64,000 nt of DNA from NCBI GenBank assembly GCA_040326155.1, contig JBEQLE010000001.1, positions 1-64,000 on the forward strand. The letters are read 5' to 3'. This stretch comes from Leptospirales bacterium. GTDB lineage: Bacteria > Spirochaetota > Leptospiria > Turneriellales > JAOUFE01. Below the pieces are notes generated by a model that did no database searches, had not been told where the DNA came from, and saw nothing but the letters and a program-made list of their open reading frames with translations. Numbering within the stretch: the stretch's first letter is position 1; every line of letters begins with the position of its first letter. Positions 28,702 through 39,105 of this stretch are shown here, piece by piece. The position numbers were made by a program, and so were the translations under genes.

Positions 28702-29411
28702 ATTCCACAAAGCCGACTTTCAAAAACCGCAGGGTTTTTGTGTACACTAAAAAAAGTTTCATAAATATGTAAAAATTCATAAAACTTCTACATTATACTT
28801 ACATGAATACAAACAAAAACCAGGAAATAGTCTACTTTGAAAATATAACCAGTCAGATACATTTCATAAGGGGGCAAAAAGTGCTGCTTGATGCAGATAT
28901 AGCCAAACTATATGCAGTAGAAACTAAAATATTAAACCAGGCAGTAAAAAGAAACCTGGAACGTTTTCCGATTGATTTTATGTTCCAACTCAATGACCAG
29001 GAATTGGATAACTTGAGGTCACAATTTGTGACCTCAAGTTACGGTGGCCGAAGATATTTACCATACGCATTTACCGAACAGGGAATAGCAATGCTTTCCA
29101 GTGTATTAAATAATCCACGGGCAATCAAAGTGAATATCGAGATAATGAGAGCTTTTATAAAATTACGTCAATATTTAGTCGATTACGAAGAGTTAAAATC
29201 AAAATTGCAAGAAGTCGAAACAAAAAGTGACGAACAATTCAGCATCGTTTTTGAAGTAATCGAACAATTGTTAAATACGGAAAAACACCCGCGCCGCAAA
29301 ATCGGATTTTAATTTCTCAATAAAAGGAAAGAAGAAATACAGGAAAAGAACGGACAAAGTAACTAACGAAGCATAGATAATTCCACAAAGCCGACTTTCA
29401 AAAACCGCAGG
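28702..29411 (+). repeat. 32-bp identical direct repeats flanking ORF6N (28702-28733, 29380-29411)
   Basis: attccacaaagccgactttcaaaaaccgcagg occurs twice. Confidence 0.9.
28803..29312 (+). CDS. ORF6N domain DNA-binding protein
   Basis: [42 protein letters not shown]...LRSQFVTS...[17 protein letters not shown]-terminal RRKIGF. Confidence 0.93.
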   Translation: MNTNKNQEIVYFENITSQIHFIRGQKVLLDADIAKLYAVETKILNQAVKRNLERFPIDFMFQLNDQELDNLRSQFVTSSYGGRRYLPYAFTEQGIAMLSSVLNNPRAIKVNIEIMRAFIKLRQYLVDYEELKSKLQEVETKSDEQFSIVFEVIEQLLNTEKHPRRKIGF

Positions 29412-29450
29412 ATTTTTGCAAGCACTAACAAAACCGTAGGATTTTTTTGT

Positions 29451-29508
29451 GACCTAAGGACCTAAGGACCTAAGGACCTAAGGACCTAAGGACCTAAGGA
29501 CCTAAGGA
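29451..29508 (+). repeat. Tandem repeat (GACCTAAG)x7
   Basis: Seven perfect 8-bp units; the last contains the TAG stop (minus strand) of the patatin gene. Confidence 0.95.
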
Positions 29509-31238
29509 TAAAACATTTTCTTTACTTTTTTAAAGTAGGGGCGAAATTGAACTTCGCCAATAGAAATAATCTCTTTGTATTTCTTGAAATCAAAAATTGT
29601 GAAATGGCTTATCTGGAACTCAACAAAAAAATCCATTTTGTCGCGGCGAAGGCGAATAAGCTCCCTGCCCTCCAGTGTAATCGTCCTGCTGATGACTTTC
29701 AATATGGGAGGAAACTTAATGTTTTCCCAGAGAAACCGCAATGAAAAGGATCTTAATATTTCTGAAATTGAAACAATGTTTGTAACCCCCGAATCTTCAA
29801 GCGGAGATACATTAGATGAGATTATTACATCAGCTCCTTTGGAGCGAATTAAATTATCAGGAACATTATTTAATACCCCGCCATCGACTAACAAATACTT
29901 GCCGTGGCGAAACGGGGGAAAAACAGCGGGTAGACTCATTGCAGCGACAAGAGCTTTCCAGATCGGTCCTGTTTCAAATACAACTTCTTTCCCGCTATAA
30001 AGATCAACAGCAGAAGTGACAAAAGGAATTCTGAGATCTTCAATTCTTTTTTCACCGAAAGTCTCACGTAGCATTTTGATCATTTTTTTACCTTTGTAAA
30101 ACGAAACAACGGGAAGAACAGGATCAAAAAATGGTTTATCGTCGCCGCCAAAAAGTTTCGCAGTCGTATCAATAATGGAGCTGACCGACTCCCCCATGGC
30201 GTAAAGAGCTCCAATAACGGCCCCAAAAGAAGCGCCTGAAATATAATCAATCGTTATATCTTCTTCTTCAAGTACCTTTAACATACCGATATGAGCAAGA
30301 GCGCGAGCCCCTCCCCCTCCTAATGTGAGTCCCCTGGTTTTCGAAATTAAATGGCGAGCCAAGGTCTCTTTGCGAATAAATACCTTTTTTTTACCCCCAT
30401 AACTCTGGCGATCGAGAGCGACTCCCCCATCGATCATTCGAATACTTCTCTCATCGAACTTTCGAATACAGTTGGTCCAATAAAGTTCTACTTCGTTTTT
30501 TGTCCCGCTTAAATCCTCGCTCATCCTCTCCCATAATACAATTTTATCAGACTGCATAACAAGTTTATTCATGGGAGATTCAGTAACAGGTTTATCGAAA
30601 TACAAATGTATAACTGGATAATCTCGCCGAAGAGCGGATATTTTATCCATGGCTTTGTCGTAATCCATGTCGTTAAATTCCTCGACGGAGAGTAAAAGCA
30701 TCTTTTTTTCATAAGAGCGAGTTCCACAACGAATAATTTCCCGCAATTTTGAGCGAAAGCTGTGAATATTTTCAAGTGGTATATGAAAAATCAGTCTTCT
30801 CGAGTAATTGATTCCTTCTGGATAACCATCCAGGTAATCTAGCATGCGGACGCTCATCAGTTTATTGAGATTGGCTGTAAGAGCTTTATCTTTCTCTGCA
30901 AGTTCACGAAAAAGCTTTCCATCGATAGAATATAGCATTGTATCAAGTACGGCAAGAGCATCGGCAGAATGGGCAGAACCGGTAAGAATACTGTTTTCAG
31001 AAATAATATCGCCAGACACAAGGTAACGAACATTATCGCCGACAGAAGACAGACGAATCATCACTTCGCCGTAGCGAATAATATAAATTTGTGACGAATG
31101 ATCGCCTCTTTCATAAAGGTATTCATGAGATCGAATATTGACCTCGCGAACATTATCATAAATAATTTTCAAAAATGACTTTTTTACATTTTCAAAAAGA
31201 GATACACTTTGTAAAAATTTCTCGATTTCGGGGCGCAT
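29502..31238 (-). CDS. Cyclic nucleotide-binding patatin-like phospholipase (NTE family)
   Basis: N-terminal cNMP domain; LGGGGARA, GASFG (GxSxG), LVDGG. Confidence 0.92.
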   Translation of the reverse strand: MRPEIEKFLQSVSLFENVKKSFLKIIYDNVREVNIRSHEYLYERGDHSSQIYIIRYGEVMIRLSSVGDNVRYLVSGDIISENSILTGSAHSADALAVLDTMLYSIDGKLFRELAEKDKALTANLNKLMSVRMLDYLDGYPEGINYSRRLIFHIPLENIHSFRSKLREIIRCGTRSYEKKMLLLSVEEFNDMDYDKAMDKISALRRDYPVIHLYFDKPVTESPMNKLVMQSDKIVLWERMSEDLSGTKNEVELYWTNCIRKFDERSIRMIDGGVALDRQSYGGKKKVFIRKETLARHLISKTRGLTLGGGGARALAHIGMLKVLEEEDITIDYISGASFGAVIGALYAMGESVSSIIDTTAKLFGGDDKPFFDPVLPVVSFYKGKKMIKMLRETFGEKRIEDLRIPFVTSAVDLYSGKEVVFETGPIWKALVAAMSLPAVFPPFRHGKYLLVDGGVLNNVPDNLIRSKGADVIISSNVSPLEDSGVTNIVSISEILRSFSLRFLWENIKFPPILKVISRTITLEGRELIRLRRDKMDFFVEFQISHFTIFDFKKYKEIISIGEVQFRPYFKKVKKMFYP

Positions 31239-31817
31239 ATTGTTTTAGTTTGCCGCCGCAATATTATATAAATACCGGCGTCTGCGGGACTATGCAATTC
31301 AACTGATTGTCTGTAAATTCATTTTTAATAATATCTTTGCCAATAAACAGGACTAAAATATTTTTCAAAATAAATGAACCAGACTTGATGAGTTTACTTC
31401 AACGAAATAATCTCTTGCGACTCAACAACTAAATGGACAGACGTGCTTCCTGAATTTATTGCATTAGAGATCAATCTTGACCCGCCGCTGTGAAAATCAC
31501 CATTCAAAACCAAACGATCTGTATTGATTGTCTGGTTAATAACAGGACTTGAATATATGTACTCGTTCACTTGAACACCGAGTTCTTCAAGTATTATTTT
31601 TTCTGTTTATACCCCATCCATTTTCTGAGCGTTAAAAAAAACTTCAATATTTTATAGAAAAAAGAAGAAAATAAGGCTTAAAACACGATTATTGCTCAAT
31701 TTACAGAAAAAAACTTGACTATTTTTAATACTTTGCATAGCATTAAAGAAATATCCAATGACGATGTCCTGATCGTTATAATTTGGTTTTATTAATAAAC
31801 AAAGGCGGTTTCTTTAT

Positions 31818-33407
31818 ATGTCTACTTATAAAATACTATTAATACACCCGGAAGGGCATGAAACATTCTGGCAATTAAACGGAATAACTAAAATTATACG
31901 CAAGAAATCGGCTTCGCCTCCACTTAGTCTTGCGACGGTGGCTGCGCTTGTTCCAGAAGGATTCGAAGTTGAAATTATAGATGAAACCATAGAAGATATC
32001 AATTTTGATACCGAATGCGATATGGTGGGAATTACCGGTTTTACGATGCACTCCCTTCGAATGGCTGAAATTGCTCGTGAATTTAGAAAAAAAGGTAAAT
32101 TGCTCGTAGCTGGCGGTCCTTATATAACCGGTCACCAGAAAGAGGCGGCAGAACTGTTCGACGTTTTAATTTGCGGAGAAGCGGAAGAAGTCTGGCCTCA
32201 GTTTTTAGAAGATTGGAAAACCGGTAAATATAAACCTAAATACCACGGAGCAAGAGAACCTGATATTTCAAATACTCCTGTTCCACGTTACGATCTACTT
32301 AAGATGGAGCATTATTCAAGCGGAATGGTTCAGACCTCTCGCGGTTGTCCTTTCGATTGCGATTTTTGTGACGTAATATCGTTATTTGGCAGAAAAAGTC
32401 GATATAAAAGTATTGAAAATGTACTTGCTGAAATCGAAAATCTGGCGAGTCACAAGAAGTTTGATATTTTCTTTGCCGACGATAACTTTATCGGTAACCC
32501 TAAGTATGCAAAAAAGTTGCTGCGTGAAATTATCAGAACAAACAACGCACGTCGACGCCCGCTGCGTTTTAATACACAGGCAACTGTTAATATTGCCAAA
32601 GATGATGAACTCTTAGACCTTCTAGTGGAGGCAAATTTTTACAGTGTTTTTCTCGGCATTGAAACTCCCAGTGAAGCAAGCCTGAAAGAGACGAACAAAG
32701 GTCAAAATGTAAAGGTGGATATAAAAGAAGCTGTGCGAAAAATTCAGTCTCGCGGAATTTATGTTTCGGCCGGCATGATCGTAGGTTTTGACAGCGATGA
32801 TATAAAAATCTTCGACCTTCAGTATGAATTTCTTACCTCGGCAGGTATAACAATTACGTTGCTAGGCATGTTGAATGCGCTAAAAGGAACCAGACTGTGG
32901 GATCGCCTTGAAAAAGAAGGACGATTGCATCCGGAGCTGGAAACCGGAGACCCCTGTCTCGATTTAAACTTTGACCCCAAACTGATGACTCGCGATGAAC
33001 TTATGCGTAACTACGGAAGTCTTTTTAAGAAACTCTATACGCCGGAACATTTTTTTGAAAGATTTTCAAGCTTAATCGATCAAATTGATGTAAAAAAAGT
33101 TAAAAAGAGTTCACCATTAAAAGTAGCGATGCAGCTCAAAAATATGCGCAGAGAAACTCTCTGGATTATTTATGGATTATTCAAGTTTTACATATTCAAT
33201 AAAGATAAAGCCATGCGTAAACTCTTCTGGCGTTCTCTCAAAAAAGGACTGGGTAAAACAACTTTGTCCCTCCCCTGGATTATTGAGTTACTCTTGTACT
33301 TTAAAGCACAAAACGAATTCACAAAAGGTCAATTTCCTGAAGTAGCGGAAAATGAACCCTATTATACAGTTCGTTCTTCAACAAAACCGGTAGCCGTACC
33401 TCATTAG
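31818..33407 (+). CDS. B12-binding radical SAM protein (DUF4070-type)
   Basis: PPLSLATVAA B12 domain; SRGCPFDCDFC (CxxxCxxC); FFADDNFIG; LGIET. Confidence 0.9.
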   Translation: MSTYKILLIHPEGHETFWQLNGITKIIRKKSASPPLSLATVAALVPEGFEVEIIDETIEDINFDTECDMVGITGFTMHSLRMAEIAREFRKKGKLLVAGGPYITGHQKEAAELFDVLICGEAEEVWPQFLEDWKTGKYKPKYHGAREPDISNTPVPRYDLLKMEHYSSGMVQTSRGCPFDCDFCDVISLFGRKSRYKSIENVLAEIENLASHKKFDIFFADDNFIGNPKYAKKLLREIIRTNNARRRPLRFNTQATVNIAKDDELLDLLVEANFYSVFLGIETPSEASLKETNKGQNVKVDIKEAVRKIQSRGIYVSAGMIVGFDSDDIKIFDLQYEFLTSAGITITLLGMLNALKGTRLWDRLEKEGRLHPELETGDPCLDLNFDPKLMTRDELMRNYGSLFKKLYTPEHFFERFSSLIDQIDVKKVKKSSPLKVAMQLKNMRRETLWIIYGLFKFYIFNKDKAMRKLFWRSLKKGLGKTTLSLPWIIELLLYFKAQNEFTKGQFPEVAENEPYYTVRSSTKPVAVPH

Positions 33408-33491
33408 GTTATACGTCGGGGTAAGCCGCAACCGTGTGCGGCGGAGGGGCAGGCTTGCCCCTTTTTAACTATTGCTTTTTAATTCTTAGAA

Positions 33492-35066
33492 TTAAACTTT
33501 AAAGTATTCCATCACGCTGCGCAGAGAAGCTGCCTGGGCTTGTAACTCTTCGGAAGTTCCGGCAAGTTCTTCGGAGGATGCGGCTGTTTGTTGGATGACT
33601 GTGTTTAGCTGGTTCACTGCCGAGCCTACCTGGTCGATGCTGGAACGTTGTTGCCCCGAAGCGGTTGTTATTTCTTTTACTAATTCTGCGGTTTTAGCGA
33701 TATTCGGAACCATAATTTTCAATTTGTCGCCGGCTTTTTCTGCGACTATCACGCTGTTAGAGGCCAACTGGCCAATTTCCTGTGAGGAGCCTTGAGACCT
33801 TTCTGCAAGTTTTCGTACTTCAGAAGCTACCACGGCGAACCCTTTACCCTGCTCGCCTGCCCTTGCCGCTTCAATTGCTGCGTTTAACGCCAACAAGTTG
33901 GTCTGGTACGCGATGTCTTCAATAACAGTAATGTTCTCTGCAATACTTCGCATAGCCGCGACCGTCTCGGTCACTGCGTCACCGCCTTCTTTGGCTTCTT
34001 TTGCGGAGGTAACTGCAATGTCATTTGTCACATGGGCATTTTCTGAGTTTTGCGTGATGCTTGCCTGCATCTCTTCTATTGCCGCTGAGGTCTCTTCAAT
34101 GCTGGCCGCCTCTTCAGTTGCCCCTTGCGAAAGCGCCTGCGCTGTAGAGCTGAGCTCTTTTGCGGCAATGGCCATATTGTCAGATCCCTTTATTACATCG
34201 GCAATAATTGTCCGGAGCTTATTAATCATTATAGAGAGAGAACTGATCATAACCCCAATTTCGTCGTCGGCTTCTTTAGTAAATTCAACTGTAAGGTTTC
34301 CAGTCGAAAGCTCATTTATTACATTCATTGCTTTATACGTTGGCACAGTGATACTTGAGGTAATCAACCTGGCGAGAATAATTGAAATTAACGCCGCAAT
34401 CGCTACACCTGCGATGATGCTGATGGACGCCTGTTGAGCAGAAGCAGCTCCATCGGCTTGTGCTTTATCGACCTCATTACCGGCTTCAATTTCGACTAAT
34501 TCCAGTAAATCCTGAACCTCTTCGCCTACACTGTCGGCGATTTCATCTGCCTGTCTAAGCTTAGAAGCTTGTCCCGCTCTTGCCCGACCGGAAAACTGAG
34601 CTTTTTTTAAATCGTATATAATTTGAATCTGAGGTTGAAACTCATTGTCATGGTATCCTTGACTCTCTTTAACCTTGTCTAAAACATTTTTGTTTTTCGA
34701 AGGATAAAATGTAGTTTTGGTTATTTTATCTCCTTGCTTCTCTTCTAAAACACCACCTTTAAAAATGAATTCAGCGAATTGGTCGAAATTGGCCACCTGT
34801 TTCTGGTGTTCCTTCCAGAATGAGTCCAACTCTTTCATTGATTCTGAAACAACCAACTCCATAATGACGGTTCTATCAGAAGCAACGGCAAATTTCATTT
34901 CCATGGAGGAATCGGCGACGCTCATCGCTTCTTTAATGCCCTTCATATTTTTACTCATATTTTGAGCAGAAATAAATGATATTAACCCGACAACTCCAAA
35001 TATAAGCACTATTATAAGATAACTTACTGTTAACCTTGGTCCAATTTTAAAATTACGTAAAAACAT
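33492..35066 (-). CDS. Methyl-accepting chemotaxis protein
   Basis: TM-sensor-TM-HAMP layout; [47 protein letters not shown] before ATG 35066. Confidence 0.95.
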   Translation of the reverse strand: MFLRNFKIGPRLTVSYLIIVLIFGVVGLISFISAQNMSKNMKGIKEAMSVADSSMEMKFAVASDRTVIMELVVSESMKELDSFWKEHQKQVANFDQFAEFIFKGGVLEEKQGDKITKTTFYPSKNKNVLDKVKESQGYHDNEFQPQIQIIYDLKKAQFSGRARAGQASKLRQADEIADSVGEEVQDLLELVEIEAGNEVDKAQADGAASAQQASISIIAGVAIAALISIILARLITSSITVPTYKAMNVINELSTGNLTVEFTKEADDEIGVMISSLSIMINKLRTIIADVIKGSDNMAIAAKELSSTAQALSQGATEEAASIEETSAAIEEMQASITQNSENAHVTNDIAVTSAKEAKEGGDAVTETVAAMRSIAENITVIEDIAYQTNLLALNAAIEAARAGEQGKGFAVVASEVRKLAERSQGSSQEIGQLASNSVIVAEKAGDKLKIMVPNIAKTAELVKEITTASGQQRSSIDQVGSAVNQLNTVIQQTAASSEELAGTSEELQAQAASLRSVMEYFKV

Positions 35067-35620
35067 GTTTCTCTCCCTCTGAACTTTATCTATTTTTATT
35101 GCTATATACAATATACTATGAAGTAAAGAATAAAATCTTTTTTATTTTATATACATAAGATGAATTTTCAGTATCCATAGATATATTCTTAATTATCGAC
35201 AACTAAACCCTTATACTGGAAATTTACACCGTCCGAATAACTACCTGAGAGCCTGCATTAATTCGTTCTTAAAGAAAACAGTAAGATTTTATAATACTTT
35301 TAACTGTATCAGTGGTGAAAAGTTTTATGGATTCGGAACAATCCACGAAAAGAAAAAACCACCGGACGGAAAAACCATCCGGTAGAATGAGTGTGGCTAT
35401 GACAAAGATACATGTTTTACCAACATGTATCAATCATAAGAGAATATAAAAAAATATGTATTATACGTACAGTCAATGATTATATTTATAAAATGCAAAT
35501 TTAATGTATACTATATAAAATGGTTACAGTTCCGTAATATACAAAAAACAGCCAAATTGGTGAATGTGTCAATAATTTCAGTTCATAATAGTTCGGCTTT
35601 GTAAACAAGAAGAAAATTAT

Positions 35621-36346
35621 TCATAACCAATATTCAGGATACTTTCTCCATTTTACAATATTATTGAAAAACAATGAAACTGCCATCATTATAAATATAC
35701 CGGTAAAAATTGGTGATACAACATATGCAAAACCCAGGCTCTGTATTTTAGCTCCACCAATTACAGCAATTAAAGCAGTGGCCCCTCCGGGAGGGTGCAA
35801 AGTTCGTGTTACATGCATGAATGCGATTGCGGTGGCTACGGCAAAGGCAGCTGCAAACCAAGGCGTCTGCGAAAAAAGTTGCCACGAAACAACCCCGGCA
35901 ATCGCCGATACGATGTGTCCGCCAAAGACATTTCTAGGTTGAGCTAAAGGGCTACGAATGGCTCCGTATATTAAAACCGCAGTCGCGCCAAACGAACCGA
36001 CAACCATGACAGTTCCTTGCGGACCGAGCATATCATAATGTAAATACCCAACTGCCGCAATGCCAAAAAATGCTCCCAACCATGACCAGAGAATTTCTTT
36101 CAGGGAAACCATGGGAGAAGGCTCCGAGATGGGTCTAAACAAGCGAATAAAGTTACTTTTTCTACGACTCTCTCTTTCGGGTTCCGGCTCAGGCCCTTTG
36201 TGAGTAAGGGCTTTTTTATAGGCTTTCTCATATATGGCTCGAAAATCTTCGGATGTTATGTCAATAAAGCCACCCAGCTCTTTCATTGAGGTTTCAATCT
36301 CTTCGTCTGTCAATACTGGTATTTTAGTGTTAGATGTTTTTTTCAT
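35621..36346 (-). CDS. HPP family membrane protein
   Basis: GSFGATAVL, SPLAQPRN, TRTLHPPGGATAL. Confidence 0.92.
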   Translation of the reverse strand: MKKTSNTKIPVLTDEEIETSMKELGGFIDITSEDFRAIYEKAYKKALTHKGPEPEPERESRRKSNFIRLFRPISEPSPMVSLKEILWSWLGAFFGIAAVGYLHYDMLGPQGTVMVVGSFGATAVLIYGAIRSPLAQPRNVFGGHIVSAIAGVVSWQLFSQTPWFAAAFAVATAIAFMHVTRTLHPPGGATALIAVIGGAKIQSLGFAYVVSPIFTGIFIMMAVSLFFNNIVKWRKYPEYWL

Positions 36347-36389
36347 TTTTATTCCTTTATACTAATCTACTAAATTTCTTTTTTAGTGT

Positions 36390-37031
36390 CTACTTGTATT
36401 TCTTCACCCTGTTACCCTGTTGTGCAAATGCAACCAGGTTTTTTGCGGTTAAAATTATAAATAAAACAAAAGCAAACCAGAAAATTTTCAGCACCAGTTC
36501 TCCGGTCTCTTTTTGCATTTCCAGGTCATACGTTGCGCACAAAAGTGAATTGTACATGGTGTATGTTAATCCGACAGAAATCAGCATGGATAATCCATAT
36601 ATTCCCGCTGCGGTTTTTAACACAAACGGCATTTTTTTTAGATTTTTTCCCAGAAATAAACCGGCACAAAACAGGTTTATATGCATTATGTAATCGGCAG
36701 AATTATTTATTACGGCCAGATCAAGGGAGCGCGGTATCATCCAGAAGGTAATTGTACCAATAAAAAAGACGAGAGCTGAAACGCCATACCGGTTCAACTT
36801 AAACCGTGCCAATGTTTCTACAAAAGTCTCTGTAAAAGTAAATGTAGTTAAAAAACTTAAATCTACTTTTCCTGTCAAAACACCAAGCAAGGCAAGCCCC
36901 CACATTTGTGCAATCATGTGCAAAGACATTTCGGAGTCGAGGTAACGGTCCACGCCGGGAATTAAAAGTGTCCCTGCCATTATACAAAAAAACGAGAATA
37001 CAACTATTTTTAATTTGCTTTGGATAGTCAT
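36390..37031 (-). CDS. Membrane protein of the oxidase operon (CtaG/DUF1404-like assembly factor, inferred)
   Basis: 213 aa multi-TM; SEMSLHMIAQ and FWMIPRSLD motifs; 2-nt gap after the SCO gene. Confidence 0.65.
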   Translation of the reverse strand: MTIQSKLKIVVFSFFCIMAGTLLIPGVDRYLDSEMSLHMIAQMWGLALLGVLTGKVDLSFLTTFTFTETFVETLARFKLNRYGVSALVFFIGTITFWMIPRSLDLAVINNSADYIMHINLFCAGLFLGKNLKKMPFVLKTAAGIYGLSMLISVGLTYTMYNSLLCATYDLEMQKETGELVLKIFWFAFVLFIILTAKNLVAFAQQGNRVKKYK

Positions 37032-37033
37032 TA

Positions 37034-37675
37034 TTATCGTTCCAGGTTTTCCCGTATCTCTTCCAGGTTTTTTTCCATGCCTTCGGCGGGGTCTATGACA
37101 GCGCTTAACTTTCCATCGGTTCGTAGAAGGTAGTGGTATGCGGTGTGGTTAAAATCTCCGAGATTATTGCGTATAGCAATAACGCCAAAATCTTTTAAAT
37201 GGGTTTTCCAGAGTTGTGTCCCCCTTTCGGCGTCCGGGGTAAAAACGGCAAATACCCACCCCGGGCTTTCCCCTGAAGATCTCCAGGCTTCGTGTAAAAT
37301 ATCAACATTGTCGCGTTCCGGGTCAAAACTAACGCTGACAAAAATAAGTTTATCGGGTATAAATGCAGACAAACGATCATAGTAATCGATAAGACGCGAT
37401 CTTAAAATTCCACAGATGGAACTGCATTGTAAATACATAAAGTCAAGCAATACATATTTACCTTTCCATTTTGAAAAATCGACGTGGTTACCGTTATGAT
37501 CTGTCAATTTGAAAGGAGGTAACTCGCGCGGTAAATCTCCGGCTGCCCAGAGAGTATACGAGTATGTTGTGAAAGATGTAAACCCCCCGGTCCACCGGTG
37601 AATACCGATGAACCAAAGGATTAAAAATAAAATTGGAAAAATGAACCAGAGGCTCGTTTTTTCTTTTTTTACCAC
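37034..37675 (-). CDS. SCO/SenC family copper chaperone
   Basis: FMYLQCSSIC (CxxxC), SVSFDPERD, conserved His in FNHT; overlaps the subunit I stop. Confidence 0.9.
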   Translation of the reverse strand: MVKKEKTSLWFIFPILFLILWFIGIHRWTGGFTSFTTYSYTLWAAGDLPRELPPFKLTDHNGNHVDFSKWKGKYVLLDFMYLQCSSICGILRSRLIDYYDRLSAFIPDKLIFVSVSFDPERDNVDILHEAWRSSGESPGWVFAVFTPDAERGTQLWKTHLKDFGVIAIRNNLGDFNHTAYHYLLRTDGKLSAVIDPAEGMEKNLEEIRENLER

Positions 37676-39105
37676 TTCTTCTTTAAACTGCCAAGCATGA
37701 CGGCAAAAAAGACAACTATACCAACGATTAAAAGCAGTCCAAAAAAGGAACCATACATCGCTGTATTTTGCGCTGCAGAAGCTAAACCATCGTATGGTAA
37801 TGCCGAAGAATCGGCTATTCTTCTAGGAACGCTTTTTACCCCCGCAATGGCAAACATTGCGATAACTCCATACCCGCCAATTAGCAAGGATGTTAGAGTA
37901 AATTTTGCCGCTTTCTCTTTATCCATTTCAAAGTAGTCATAGATAAATGCAAAAAGCATTAAAACGAATCCGAGTAAAAAGTAAGTGTGGAAGTGACTGG
38001 TTACCCACAATGTATTGTGCATTAGTGAGTTTACAACGATCGTCGAATCGACAACCGCAATAAAACCGCCAATTATCCAACCCATTAGTGACAAGCCTAA
38101 AGCAAGTGGAACAAAAGTCCACTTCACACCGCTTTTATAAAACAGTCCAATGGCGCCAAAAATGGTAACCACAGTCGCAGGAACGGTACTCAAGTACGAA
38201 GCGATCTGTCCAATGTACTGTAAAATTACAGGCTGTGCAAAGTCCATATAGAGATGGTGAAAATAAGCAACGATCACAAAGATCAAAGCCGCGTTCCACG
38301 ATATGGCGACAATTTTATTCATCTTCCAGGGTCGTCCGGTATATTTTGGTAAAAGCTCATACACAAAACCCAGACCAAAATACATTGTAATATTTACAAT
38401 TGTATGACCGAATAAAAATACAATGTTCTTTAATAACAAAGCGTCAAAACTCACATCAGGAGCAATCCACTGTATTAAAAAGAGCATCAAAAGTACGGCG
38501 CCAAACACGGTGGTTACGGCTCCCGCAATAGCACTGACAGAAGCAATTACAATAATCGGAGGAACTTCATCATCCGAATTATTTGCGCCGCCCAGGTACT
38601 TCCAGGCTAAAAAGCCCTTAACTCCGTAACGTGAAATAATCGCTCGTAAAATATCAAGCAACCATAGTAGCCACGATACGCCAAGCAAGATTAACGAAAT
38701 AGTGGCTGCACCAATGGACCAATTAGCCCACTCTCCAAAGAAGGGAAGCGGATACAACATGTACCAACCGGGACCAAAACCGCCAATTAATGTAGCGACT
38801 ACAAGACCAAGAACCCCGAGTACGACCAGTACAAAGTTGAACTTCAACAAACCAATCGAGACATCGACATATTTCGATATTAGATACCAAGTTCCCATAA
38901 TACCGCCGACAAATAAAACACCGACCATACCAAGTCCGTGTAAGGTCATCATGGCGTAGAAGAAACCGGCCGGTAAATCTACAAGATCGCCCTGCATTGC
39001 TCGCATTAAAAATCCGAGTAATAGAAGAACAATAAACAGAAGAACTACAGTGACCATCATAAATGTGGTCATGCGAGCCGTATTTTTATTTTCTTGTACG
39101 CTCAT
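37669..39105 (-). CDS. Heme-copper oxidase superfamily subunit I, probable sNOR-type nitric oxide reductase (NorY-like)
   Basis: About 12 TM; MTLHG, GWYMLYPLP, FGHTIVN (canonical HPxVY Tyr replaced by Asn), YFHHLYMD, HNTLWVTSHFHTY. Confidence 0.8.
   Translation of the reverse strand: MSVQENKNTARMTTFMMVTVVLLFIVLLLLGFLMRAMQGDLVDLPAGFFYAMMTLHGLGMVGVLFVGGIMGTWYLISKYVDVSIGLLKFNFVLVVLGVLGLVVATLIGGFGPGWYMLYPLPFFGEWANWSIGAATISLILLGVSWLLWLLDILRAIISRYGVKGFLAWKYLGGANNSDDEVPPIIVIASVSAIAGAVTTVFGAVLLMLFLIQWIAPDVSFDALLLKNIVFLFGHTIVNITMYFGLGFVYELLPKYTGRPWKMNKIVAISWNAALIFVIVAYFHHLYMDFAQPVILQYIGQIASYLSTVPATVVTIFGAIGLFYKSGVKWTFVPLALGLSLMGWIIGGFIAVVDSTIVVNSLMHNTLWVTSHFHTYFLLGFVLMLFAFIYDYFEMDKEKAAKFTLTSLLIGGYGVIAMFAIAGVKSVPRRIADSSALPYDGLASAAQNTAMYGSFFGLLLIVGIVVFFAVMLGSLKKKW

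Noticed and set aside
28584..29124. Diversity-generating retroelement TR/VR pair (114-bp near-duplicate)
   Set aside because: Only 5 of 13 mismatches are at A in the non-coding copy, the target is mid-gene, and no reverse transcriptase is present in the window.
35193..35219. Sigma-28 promoter for the MCP gene (GTCGATAA on the minus strand)
   Set aside because: The -10 is plausible but the -35 position reads CCAG rather than TAAA; too weak to call.
37669..39105. Ordinary ba3/cbb3 cytochrome c oxidase
   Set aside because: The HPxVY Tyr is absent (HTIVN), and a CuA subunit II argues against cbb3.
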